From Octopus bimaculoides (taxonomy: Eukaryota): 64,000 bases of DNA. How positions within the stretch are numbered: the stretch's first letter is position 1; each line of letters starts with the position of its first letter. Location: assembly GCF_001194135.2 (NCBI RefSeq), contig NC_068995.1, positions 13,758,879 to 13,822,878 on the forward strand, given 5' to 3'. This document shows, piece by piece, positions 1 to 11,750 of the stretch. The position numbers were made by a program, and so were the translations under genes. Under the pieces are notes generated by a model, which saw only the letters and a list, made by a program, of their open reading frames with translations, was not told where the DNA came from and did no database searches.

Positions 1-18
1 ACAAACTTCCCATTTTAA

Positions 19-627
19 CCCTTTTAGCATTCAAATTACTCGGTTGAAAGTAATACTCATTTCTTCATATTGCTTTGAATTAATCATGCATTACCTTGTA
101 ACTTTGAAATTTCAATGGTATGTTTGTTTACTTTTAGAATGATATTGTTGTTGTTGTTGGCACTCCGTTGCTTACGACGTCGAGGGTTCCAGTTGATCCG
201 ATCAACGGAACAGCCTGCTCGTGAAATTAACGTGCAAGTGGCTGAGCACTCCACAGACACGTGTACCCTTAACGTAGTTCTCGGGGATATTCAGCGTGAC
301 ACAGTGTGACAAGGCTGATCCTTTGAATTACAGGCACAACGGAAACAGGAAGTAAGAGTGAGAGAAAGTTGTGGTGAAAGAGTACAGCAGGGTTCGCCAC
401 CATCCCCTGCCGGAGCCTCGTGGAGCTTTCGGTGTTTTTGATCAATAAACACTCACAACGCCCGGTCTGGGAATCAAAACCGCGAGTCCACTACCCTAAC
501 CACTGGGCCATTGCGCCTCCACTGAATGATGTTGTAGAGTAGGTGTAAAGGACTGAATCATGCCAGTTTTTAACATAAACCAGCTGGAATATTTGAGCCA
601 GATATGGCTGGTTTAAACACTAAAGTG
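19..627. mobile_element. piggyBac-type MITE (family 1) with nested SINE
   Basis: TTAA-CCCTTTTAGCATT ... TAAAGTG-TTAA. Related copies at 34874-35083, 29790-30010, 42855-43075 and 60630-61160. Confidence 0.7.
149..523 (-). mobile_element. tRNA-derived SINE with TSD, nested in a MITE
   Basis: The minus strand starts ggcgcaatggcccagtggttaggg (A box) with a B-box-like ttttgattccc and a (caa)n tail. TSD gaatgat(a/g)ttgt at 137-148 and 524-535. Confidence 0.85.
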
Positions 628-3311
628 TTAAAGTGATCTAAATTAAATTCTTCCATCAAAATTTCATGTTAATCCATGTTCCAAATACCAGCTTAATACT
701 GACAAAGTTATTTTAATAAATTATTTATTATTTTCAAAATTAATTGAAACCAAGGCACTGTATTGCAACAGAAATATGGCAATAAAAGGGGTTAATAATT
801 CAATTAACTATAATTCAGTCAGAGATTTGCTCAAACATAGCAATGACAACAATAACAAAATACTTCAAGTTAATAAAAAGAAATAAATAATTAAAAAAAA
901 AAAAAGGACAAAAGTTTGAAGTGCTTGAAAATATTGTGGAGAAATAAAAGTAGATTTCAGATTTTGGTGCCCAACAGATGTAATTTAGCAAAGTGTAATA
1001 GAACAGGGGCATTTGAAAATAAAATAACATTTACAACAAGAGCGTGATTGTTCAGGTCAACATAGTAATGATGGATGTACAAATAACTGCCTCAACTAGT
1101 AACCAAACGAGGTTAATTTAGTCCCAATGTAAGAGAATAACAGTAGAGATGTAATAATAGTTTCAAATTGAGAGGAAAGGTCGAAAAGCAAGTTACTGGG
1201 CACAGGAAAACAAAAAATAAAAATAGAAAGAAAGAAAGAAAGAGCAGACAATAGACTGCCTATAATATAAAGTTCAAATTGCTGTAGTTTCTCTTTTAAC
1301 ACCCACTTTACTTCACTTTCCATCCCATATGTGTAAGCATGTACCCACATACAGCACGTATAGAAACAGGAAAACAAAAACAAAACGTAATACAAGCTTT
1401 TTTAGGTAGCATTGTTGTGTGGCTAAATAGTTTGCTTTGTAACTATTGTGATTTCCAGTTCAATTCCACTGTGCAACACCTTGGTCAAATGTCTTCTATC
1501 ATAGCCTCAGGGTGACCAAAATTGCATGAGGGGAATCTGGTAGGTAGGAACTGTGATTTAATCCTTCAGAGGGACTGGTCTCGTTCTTGGATATAAAATG
1601 TAACAGATATAATCTATCACTTGATTTAACATCATCATCTCATCCTTGGGTGAATCTATGCACATCTACTCTGTTGTAAGCATTTAGATCAGATCTTTGT
1701 TGAGAGAAGAACTTCTTTCTTTCCTCTGCTAGTCTTGAACTAACCCAATAATATATGTTTTATCTTTTACTTGTTTCAGTCATTTGACTGTTGCCATGCT
1801 GGGGCACCACCTTGAATTTTTAGTCAAATGAATTGACCCCAGTCTTTTTTTTTTTAAGCCTTGTACCTTATTCTACTGGTCTTCTTTGCCAAACCGCTCA
1901 GTTACGAGGAGATAAATACACCAACACCAGTTATCAAGTGGTGGTGGGGAACAAGCACATACACACATATATATATATACAACGGGCTTCTTTCAGTTTC
2001 TTCTCACAAGGCTTTGATCAGCCCAAGGCTATAGTAGAAGACACTTACCCAAAGTGCCACGCTGTGGGATTGAACCAAGAACCATGTGGTTGGGAAGTAA
2101 GTTTCTTACTACACAGCCATGCCTATGCCTTATATAAAACAAAAAATCCGAAAAAACAAAACCAGTCTTCTTTCTTTATAATTTTTTGTAGGAAATTAAA
2201 TGCTACAGTTAATTAAACTGATACTAATACATGAATGGTAATTTAATTTTCTTTCCTGCAGTAAGGGTAAAGACTCCCTTTGGTCATGAATGACCATGGG
2301 GTTGTACCTAGAAAGTTACCTTCTGAGGCACAAGTCTGAGCAAGGTTGTAAATGGAAGACCAGCGGTTACCCATGCATACCAGTGTCCCCTCACCACACC
2401 ACTGATTTTATCCAAGGGAAAGGCAAAGGCCAACACAGCTTGGCACCAGTGATGTCGCAACTCATTTCTACAGCTGAGTGAACTGGAGTAACATGAAATA
2501 AAGTATCTTGTTCAAGAATGCAACACACAACCTGGTCTGGGAATCAAACTCACTACCTCATGACTGTGAGCGCAATGCTCTAACTACTGAGCCATGTGCT
2601 TTCACTTCCTGTGGTAGGATCAGATTGACTCTAGCAGGAATTGAGCTTCTGAGTTCATAATGTGGAGGAGTGAAATTACAAACTGTCTAACCTTCTACTG
2701 TTTCTGCATGGAATAAACTATTGCACCTGTAGTTGGCTGTTAGGACATTGCATCCTTTAAAACTTCCATACTTCCTGAAATTCACCAACAGTACACCTGT
2801 TGCCTACCCACCTCTTTAGCAACTCTTTCACTGTTCACTCTCTGTGCATTAATCTATGTGCTGTTCATGCACTTTTGGCTACTTTTTCTGATGAGTTGTA
2901 GGGCATCTGAGCACTGTATACAATAATTTCATTATTATTATCAATATTAGGGCAACCGTTAAATGATGTGTAGTTTAATGTCCTATTTTCTCCTGCTTTT
3001 AATTTAACAGTGTGTGTATGTATCTATGTATCTACTTTTTTTTTTATCTATATATCTATTTTTCTTTGTATGTATCAAAACATTTTTCCTCTCGTCCTTT
3101 CAGTCACCTCTCTCTCTCTCTTTCTTTTTCTCCCATTTAAATAAAATTATTTAATCTTAGTATATGTGATACAATTCTTTCAAGTTAACTGCTTGAATTT
3201 CTTCCTATGTAATTAACTACTTGAATTTCTTTCTATCTTAATACTGAAGAAAAGTGTGATGGACAGACGACGCAGCTCTCATTATAGTATAGATTACCAT
3301 TACATAAGGTG

Positions 3312-3519
3312 ATCCTCCATGCAGTCACTCAACCTGCTAGAAATAGTAGTCAAATTTCTCTCAAATTATGCCCTATTCTCTTAAAAAAAGAAAGGCACAT
3401 TGCAAAATATTGTCCACTACCTGGAAAGACTCAAAAAGGTAAGATAATCACAATTGGGTTGCTTTGATCATAAATCTATTCAATCAGGGATGTGCTGGAG
3501 TGAGACAAAAACAGCAACA
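3312..3519 (+). repeat. Very high-copy short interspersed repeat (ctgctagaaatagcagccaaatctccctc family), representative copy
   Basis: The core recurs more than 20 times in both orientations (e.g. 7450-7640, 12450-12810, 13565-13745, 15610-15785, 48570-48740, 49330-49615, 53228-53520, 59885-60080). It ends in a (caa)n-like tail. Confidence 0.8.
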
Positions 3520-3611
3520 TGATATGAAGATAGACAAAATTGCTTGAAGAATATCTCAATTACTTGTTTAATTACTCACTGAAGGAAAATTCTAAAATGT
3601 TGGTTAATTAC

Positions 3612-3692
3612 CTTTTGAAAATAGCCACGCCGGACTGATTTGTCTTTAGTTTGTCGGAAATATACATAACCATAGTAGTAAGCATTATCACA
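3612..3692 (-). CDS. DENND6: DENND6 coding exon 5 (81 nt, [27 protein letters not shown])
   Basis: Acceptor ctttctggttttag, donor AAG|gtaatt, phase 0-0. [21 protein letters not shown] is the conserved DENND6 motif. No further exon was found in 1-3611. Confidence 0.95.
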
Positions 3693-3733
3693 CTAAAACC
3701 AGAAAGATATAAAACAGCATTAGACACTTACTC

Positions 3734-3766
<33 letters not shown>

Positions 3767-4636
3767 TGTTTTGTCTTGGTATAAAAGATGGGCTACAGAA
3801 AATATTCTGCTTAGTACCACAGATTTGCTTGTCAGTTGTTTGACCTTAACCATTTGAGCATGTCCCTTGTTGGCTGACGATATGTGAATCTCTGATCACG
3901 AGCAGAAGTAGTGGGGGAGCATCATAGCCATGTGTTGAGAGGAATTCTTTGGGGTTTGAATAATTCACTTTTGGAAACATGGGTGTTTTGCTCAACATTC
4001 TTAAACAAACCTTATTCAGGGACCTTTTGAGTGGGATGGGCTACTCGACCTGAAGAAAATTCTAACTGGGCCCCACCTGCGAGGTCATACGCTGTTTATC
4101 TTGATATGAGATCACTGGGGTCGATTCATTTGACTAAAAAATCTTCACGGCAGTGCTCTAACATGGCCACAGTCTAATGACTGAAAAACAAGTAATATAT
4201 ATATATATATATATCATCATCATCATCATCATTTAATATCCATTTTCCATGCTGGCATAGGTTGGATGGTTTGACTGAGGTTGGTAAGGCCAGGAGTCAA
4301 TCTAAGCTAAACACTTTATGGATATTTTTCAAGCCATGGATGGAGATTCTATGTGGCTGCTCAAGCTGCTAAAAATAGCAACCATATCTCTAAAAGCACT
4401 CATTACTACTGTCTTAATGGATATGTTAGATAATCTAATGTGGATTACACTATTTATGAGGACAAAAGAAAATAAAGAGGGGAGGTATGGTCATTCTTTT
4501 AATGCTGTTGACCACAGGCCTGTTTACTTGATCAAGATTGACAGGGGGTTTAGTAAATAACAACAGCAGCACTAGATACCTTTTAGATAATCCAATGAAA
4601 GGTAACAGGATGTTATACAACAATAAATGTACTTAC

Positions 4637-4746
4637 CTGTAATGATATAGGGCAGTCCCTATTGTACTGAGAATGAGCTGGAATGTGTAGTTTGCGGCCA
4701 GGACACTGCCGAATGCGGAAGTGAAATTGTGTATCTCCCATACAAC
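4637..4746 (-). CDS. DENND6: DENND6 coding exon 4 (110 nt, G-CMGDTQFHFRIRQCPGRKLHIPAHSQYNRDCPISLQ)
   Basis: Acceptor ttcttttcttcag, donor CAG|gtaagt, phase 1-0, matching exon 3. GCxGDTQFxFRxRQ motif. Confidence 0.95.
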
Positions 4747-6744
4747 CTGAAGAAAAGAAGAAAAAGAAAATAGTAACGTGCCAATTGAAATACTTCAAGC
4801 ATTAAAATAGAAATATATTGTCAAAAACAATAAGGATAAGTATCATCATCATCATCATCATCATAATCAATAATAATAATAATAATGATGATAATAATAA
4901 CAATAACAACAGCAAAGCAGTTGTATTATTTATTCAATGGTAAACAGCACTTGTTGGAGACACTGGTGTTAAAAAAATTGATTAATCTATGAGTCACGTT
5001 GAAAATGATCAATCTTGCATGTTAATATGCAAAGGGAAAACACAACTCGTTGAGCTGTTTAGGTGTCCTATCAACGATGTTAGACAGGGTTCCTGGCAAA
5101 GGAAAAGAAAAAAACCCCCCAAAATATTAAAACAAATACAGTGGCAGCAGTTTGTACTTTAGTCATATAGAAAATATTCCTTTGTGATCCTGTATCCAAT
5201 TTATAGTGCCATGTTTACATAGTATGCTTTCATTTTAATCCTGTTCTGTATTAGCACGTAAATGAGATGCATGTTGGTATGCTGCACAGGAAACCCACCC
5301 ATGGTAAAAAAAGATTAAAAAAAAAAAAACCCATGCGAGTTACTATGTGGTTAATTGCTTGCCCAGCTAGAAATAGCAGCTAAATCTTCCCGCCATTCCA
5401 TATCTACTTACTTAGAATTAGGTATGTCGTGAATCCTAGGACCCATAAAATTGGAGTTTAACCTGGTTTGCATGTCGTATAAATGACTGAAGATTACAGC
5501 ATTCCCCTACCTGGCCCTTGGATAGAATGCCAGTCTGTCACAAGGTTAACTTCCCAGCTATTGCTGGTACTCATTTACAGCTGAACAGACTGGAGCAACA
5601 TGAAATTAAGTGTGTTGCTCAAGAACACAACACACCACCAAGTCTGGGAATTGAAACCATGATTTTATGATCATTCTACCTATCACAATGGAGCCCAGCA
5701 ATTTCCTTAAATAGATCAGTTTTTCACTGCTTAAGAAGTCTAGCTTGCATTTGCCTCCAGGAAGCTATTGCTCACTTTCTCCACGTTAGGACAATGAAAT
5801 TCATCACCGCCAACCTCGGCGCTACCAGCTCTTATTACATCTAACGCCAACGACAACATCATAATCCATCCTTGCACATGTAAACTCACGAAGTGAATAT
5901 GCCTTAGCATTCCTACAGAAACCTTCATTTACCTTATATGGTGTTTAATGTCATTTCACATTCATGTTGAATTATGCAGCAATCTTATGTTCTCTTCATA
6001 GAACACTTGTAATGTATATATTACCAGTTCTTTTGGTATAGTAGATTTTCGCTATCCTTGTATATGTCTCCTCACAGACACGTATATTCTAACAAGTCAC
6101 CTCTTAAATTTCACACCTCTCTTGTTTAGTAAACACTGAGTTAAACTTGCAAAGCTGTTTATTTTCTCCTTTCGATTTTTAATGTTTATTTTAGCGGGTT
6201 ACCAAACTATCAGTTTGGTCTCCCGGCTAAAACGGTAAAGACAAATTTTTAAGTTTGCTTGACATTTTATAAGTGTGAAAGGGATTAAAATTTTGATACT
6301 CCATATCAAAGGTTCCGACAATCAGAGCTTGAGACAAGACACTTTCGACTAATCAGAATTCTGTTTACATAATCAGTTTGATCAGTCACCTTCCTCTGTT
6401 AGGAGTAAAGTGTCATCCAAGCTGATGTTTATTGGTAATTAAACTTACTTTGCAACACTAGCACGTTTTTATCAGCTTTGCTTTTGTTAATAAGAATTAT
6501 CAACAACTTTTCCTGTGATCTTGGTTTGAGAAGACATACAGAAGTATGCTAAAGACATAATCTCTTGTGGGCAGGAAATGTAAAATAAAGCTTATTATAA
6601 ACTTCATAATTTAATAGCTTTCAATGTGATACCTATTAAACAGAAATTATTTTTATTTAATGAAAATTTAATAAAATCTAATCATAAGTGAAATTATGCT
6701 AAATACAACTAAACTGAAAACCTTTTCCTCCTGACCATATCGGC

Positions 6745-7256
6745 AATTCTGAAAACTTTGGGGTGCAAATTTTACACGAGTAGAAGCTTTTTCAAAACAA
6801 TTCTTAGAGCATTCATCTACTCTTTTGTAGGTACGAATGAGGTTTACTTTAGAAAATATCTTCACACTGTTTAATTTTGCAAAAACATCCTCCAGTGTGG
6901 TTAGTGGATAGTGGCACGTTTCAAGACATTTATTTAAATCAGTGGAAAAATCAGCACACACACTGATTTTATCAGTCTTTTGCTTAACATACACAGTTGG
7001 CTATGCCAATTGACTATATTCCACTTTTTGGATAACTCTAAATTCTTCTAGTCTCTCCAAGTTTATCTGTTCTAACGCTGTGACTGGTAAAGTTCAGTTT
7101 TGTTTAAATGTCGGTATGGCATTTTCTTTCATTAGAAACTGTGCCTTCATTTTAGTGCACAGACCTAATTTATCCTACTCACATTTTTACAGAAAAGATT
7201 TATGGGGAGGTCTCATAAGTTAAATAATTCCATCCAGTCAGTTCCGAATAAGTTTG
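6745..7256 (-). mobile_element. Degenerate Ty3/Gypsy pol fragment (protease-RT junction and RT N-terminus)
   Basis: Broken frames read NLFGTDWMELFNL*DLP, GLCTKMKAQFLMKENAIPTFK, LERLEEFRVIQKVEYSQLA*PTVYVKQKTDKISVCADFSTDLNKCLETCHYPLTTLEDVFAKLNSVKIFSKVNL and VKFAPQSFQ. These follow Gypsy RT motif order, with stops and frameshifts. Confidence 0.85.
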
Positions 7257-8388
7257 AGGTATTAATAAACACAAAACCTTTAGCTTTTAGGGTTTTTTTT
7301 CATGAAATGTAATGTTATTTATCAATTCACCCTTAAAATATAATTTTTTTTCCCTGAAACACCATGGGCAATTTTCGAAGTTTCATTTAATTTAGGTCCC
7401 TTCCCTTATTTACTGACGACTCATCTCAGACGTCTATTTTAAAAGCAGCAGTTGTTTTTAGCTATGTGTCAGCCCTGATCCAACAGAGACTAAAAGCATT
7501 CCAACTATGACTATCCCATCTTTACTCAAAGCATGGTATATCTAGAATTTCCATCTCTAAGCTATCCATTTTCTTTTAAGTTGACAATGTGTAATTTGAG
7601 ATAGATTTATCTATTATTTCTAGCTGTTAGAAACCACATAGAGATTCTTTCATTGGTTTGTTTCAGAAACAGTAACAGAGGAATGAGAAACTTGTCTGTC
7701 AAAATGCTGATTAGTGTGTGGAGAAGGTGGTGGTAGATACCTGGATAAGTCAACCTTTAACGAATTGGTACAGGGTTTCAACTGTTAGGATGAACAATAT
7801 CAAAATTAGATGAGTAAAAATGTAATTAGCAGATGATGACACTGCTTTCATTAACAAGCATGATAATGAGTAATCATTTCACATCCTTAAAATAGCAGAC
7901 AATGTAACCATCATCTTTTCATTTCCATATAAAGAGATTAATAAGGAATAGTCAGAAAGGTTAACCTACTTAAATGTTTTTCTTATTTTCTTCTTTGTTT
8001 GTTTGTTTTGTTCTGACACTTTTTAAATTTATAAAAATCAACATTTTTATGAAAACTTGGAAATCTTCTATTAAAATCTTGTGAAAAAAAAAAAGCAAAT
8101 AAAAACCCCAAAAAAACAAACCACGCATACACACACACACACACACACAAAAGCAAAAGGCAACAATTTCTCCTCCCAGATAAAAAAAAAAAAAAAACCC
8201 AAATAAAAGAAGAATATTTTTAACATGAAAGTTAAGGAGGGGAGGAAAAAAAATGTGTGAATGATGATGAAGCTTGTGACTCAACAATTGGTTACAGTTA
8301 TTGAAATAAGGAAATCTTTTGAAATTCCCCAAATGGAGAACTTACAGAAAAATCAATATGGCTTGGGAAGAAATAAAATAAAGGCAGA

Positions 8389-8431
<43 letters not shown>

Positions 8432-10713
8432 GGCATTTCTAACATTCCATTTATTTTAAATATTCTTTGATGAAATAGTTATGTAATACTAATTGATTAA
8501 AAAGAGAATATTATTGTAAATTTTAACATGGAATATTATATATAAAATAACATCAATGAGTTTTATCACCAACACATACACACAGTAAAATTCATTGTCT
8601 GAAAATAAGACATGGTGGTCATGGTTAGAATTTCACTGATCATCCAAGTATGTACATGGTTAGTCCAAATTACTCTGTAAGGATGACAGAGCTGGTTTCT
8701 TGGTTTCTCTGGCAAATATATTCCTCTGTGGATAGGATGCCAGTCTGTTACAGGATTACTCATCTTTAGCAGCTGAGTGGACTGGAGCAATGTGAATGAA
8801 GTCCAGGAATTGAAACTACAATCTTACAATCATGAGTCCAATGTCCTAATCACAAAGCCATGTGCCTCCACTTAGGTATGTACATGACCACACATATTTC
8901 TCTGGGATGGAGTGGAGAGTACAGTTGACATAATCATTCCCATCTAGAGACAAGATAACAAAGAAGCCTATCAAAAATAGTAGCTAAATCACACTCATAT
9001 CACACCCTAGAAGGGTAGATCTGATAAAAAGAAGGGAAAAAAAATCAGAGATGGGTGTGACAAGAATGTCTTGGACCATAGGTCTCTGTGATTAGGGCTC
9101 ACTTGGATTCAAAGAACAAAAACATCAAGAAGAGTTGGGAGAAACATCTCTGACCATGATGGTGAAAGAACTGAAACATTTGCCAGCACTCGCTTTTGTG
9201 TGGTAAACGCCAGTAGACAATAACATTAGCAAGATGGTTAATTGAAATGTTATTGAAGTATTCAAATATCAATGGTTTTGTTTTGTTGTTGGTTTTTCTC
9301 TGTCAAGCTTTCAAAACTCATCTCTTTATTTCAGCTAGAAATAACACATGCACACACATACACACACCAATAAATTAAACATTATACTGCATAGTAAAAT
9401 TAATACAACATGCCAAATAGTCACAAAACAATTTACACACACACACACACACTCTTTATCAATATAACAACTTCCTCTCATGTAATATTAATATTTGTGG
9501 TTTATCTGATGTTCATATCTGATTTGAATGAAGGTCAAACACTTCTCAACATCTATTAAAAAAACAAAAACACAGTAAAAACACAACTGTTTCAGCTTTT
9601 TGTTTTTTTTTTAAGCTGATAAAATCTAAGAATTATAATAAATAACCAAGGTATGAAAAGAAAGAAAAAAAAGAGAAGGGGAATCATTGTATTCCTTCAA
9701 AGTTTTTCATTTGTTACTGATGTCTTTTAAAGATACTCGACACATTCAGTGTGATAAGCCATACATGTGCATATGTATCATCATCAGCATTGTCATCATT
9801 TAATGTCTACTTCCCATGCTGGCATGGGTTGGACGGTTTGATGGGATTCAATGAGCTGCAGGACTGTGTTGAGCATCAATATTAGCGGGTGTAAGGCCAG
9901 TTGCAACTGTTGAAAAGTTAAAGTATGATAGAGGGACAGGCATAGAGGAGATTCATCATCATCATCATTTAATGTCCACCTTCCATGCTGGCATGGGTGC
10001 AAATTCTTATGTATGTGTGTGTGTGTAAATATATATAAAAGGTAAGCTGGCAGAAATTGTTTGCACACTTGACAAAATGCTTAACAAACGAGGCAGGTAA
10101 TCACGTTTACTTCCTGTTAAAAAGGAGAGGTCAGAAGACAGCCAGGACTTTGCGTGGATAGTACCAAAATATGAGAGGGAGCTGCATAGGGTGCGGACCA
10201 TTCACCACCTACCTTTGAACAATCGAGGACTGGACATGAAATTCTTTTGGTATTATACCTGTTGTTACATAATTTCAATCTTTGAATATTAATTCCCTGT
10301 TTGAACAATTTCTGTTGTTGCGATCAGAAGTTTACCCCTTTTATACACAAGAATTTGCCTGATTGTAACAACACACACACACATACATATACATGCTGGT
10401 GTGTGTTGCGACTAAGTTTATATTTCGCCTTGTCTTTACAAGCTGATTGTGAAGAAAAAGCCCTGTCATTGATAAAGACAGTGTCATTTGCAATCCTCTG
10501 CAAAATGCTTTTTGTTTGATAAACTAAGGGATTATTTATTATTACCTTGCTTGGAAACAAGAGACGGATGGTGTCTGGAAGGGCAAATGGTTGTAGAAAA
10601 AAATCTGCCCCAATGTAGTCTTGTCTGACTAATACAGGCATGGAAAATTAGATTTAAAAATAAAACCAAATTGTAATAAAGATATAAAGCAATGGTAGAA
10701 AAAGTTTACTTAC

Positions 10714-10756
10714 CAGAATTGGAATCAGGAAAAGATAAATAACATATATTCATTTT
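10714..10756 (-). CDS. DENND6: DENND6 coding exon 3 (43 nt, KMNICYLSFPDSNS-G)
   Basis: Acceptor tcttttcag, donor CTG|gtaagt, phase 0-1. Contains NICYLSFPDSNSG, a hallmark of the family. Confidence 0.95.
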
Positions 10757-11554
10757 CTGAAAAGAAATACAGAAATAAAATAACTCATTATGTTCTCATG
10801 TATTTAATTTAAATATAAAATTTGGGAAATGAAAACACTGCAGTTTTTATTGTAGATTTGTTATAGTTGTCTTGATAAAGGATGATTGTGTGGTTGAGAG
10901 GCATGCTTTGCAACCATGTGATTGCAGGTTCAGTCCCATACCACAACTTGGGTAAGTGTCTTTTACTATATCCCTGTCTCAACCAATGCCTTGTGAGTGA
11001 ATTTGGTAGGTGGAAACTATGTGAAAATCAATCACACACCACCATCATCCTTTAATGTCCGTTTTCCATGCCAGCATGGGTTGGACAGTTTGGTCAGAGC
11101 TAGGAAAGATGAGAGCTGCACCAGGTTCCAGTCTGATTTGGCTCAGTTTCTACAGCTTAATGTCGTTCTTAAAGCCAACCACTTGCTCTTAATGTGGCAC
11201 CAACACAAGTGCTTTTATGTGGCACTGGCACACACCACACACACATGTATGTCTATGTCTGCATATATATCATTGTTCCTGTAGCTTAGCAGTTTGACAA
11301 AAGAGATCAATAGAATACAAAAAAGTAAGTACTGGGGATAATTTGTTTGATTAAAGTTTCAGGACAGTTCCCCATTCCGATAACTAAAACAAGTATAAGA
11401 TAAATGGAATAGCAACAAACCGACAGTTAGAAGACCACACAAAAGAAAGGAAAAAAAAAATATCCAGTCTGATGGCAAAGACATACAGTTACATAGGAAC
11501 AGAAATGACAGTACACTTTTATTTTAAAAACACTATTGTACTAGTCTGATATTT

Positions 11555-11750
11555 AGAGGTCCTCAACTGTTCAACTGCTTACCTAAAGAAGCCCGAAATA
11601 TAAAAGGAACATCCACTGAAATAATCCAGAAAAATGTTGGATAAATTCATAACAGTGATACTGGACCAGTGAACCATTCAAAGATACCCTCAGGGAAGAT
11701 CAGCAGTTACAAACTCAATCACAGACCCACCTCTTGCTCTAAAGCAATGA
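11555..11750 (+). mobile_element. Degenerate CR1-clade LINE ORF2 C-terminal fragment
   Basis: RGPQLFNCLPKEARNI, then after a frameshift LDKFITVILDQ*...AVTNSITD, resembling the CR1-type GPxLFNxLP...LDxFL...NSI end motif. Confidence 0.6.
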
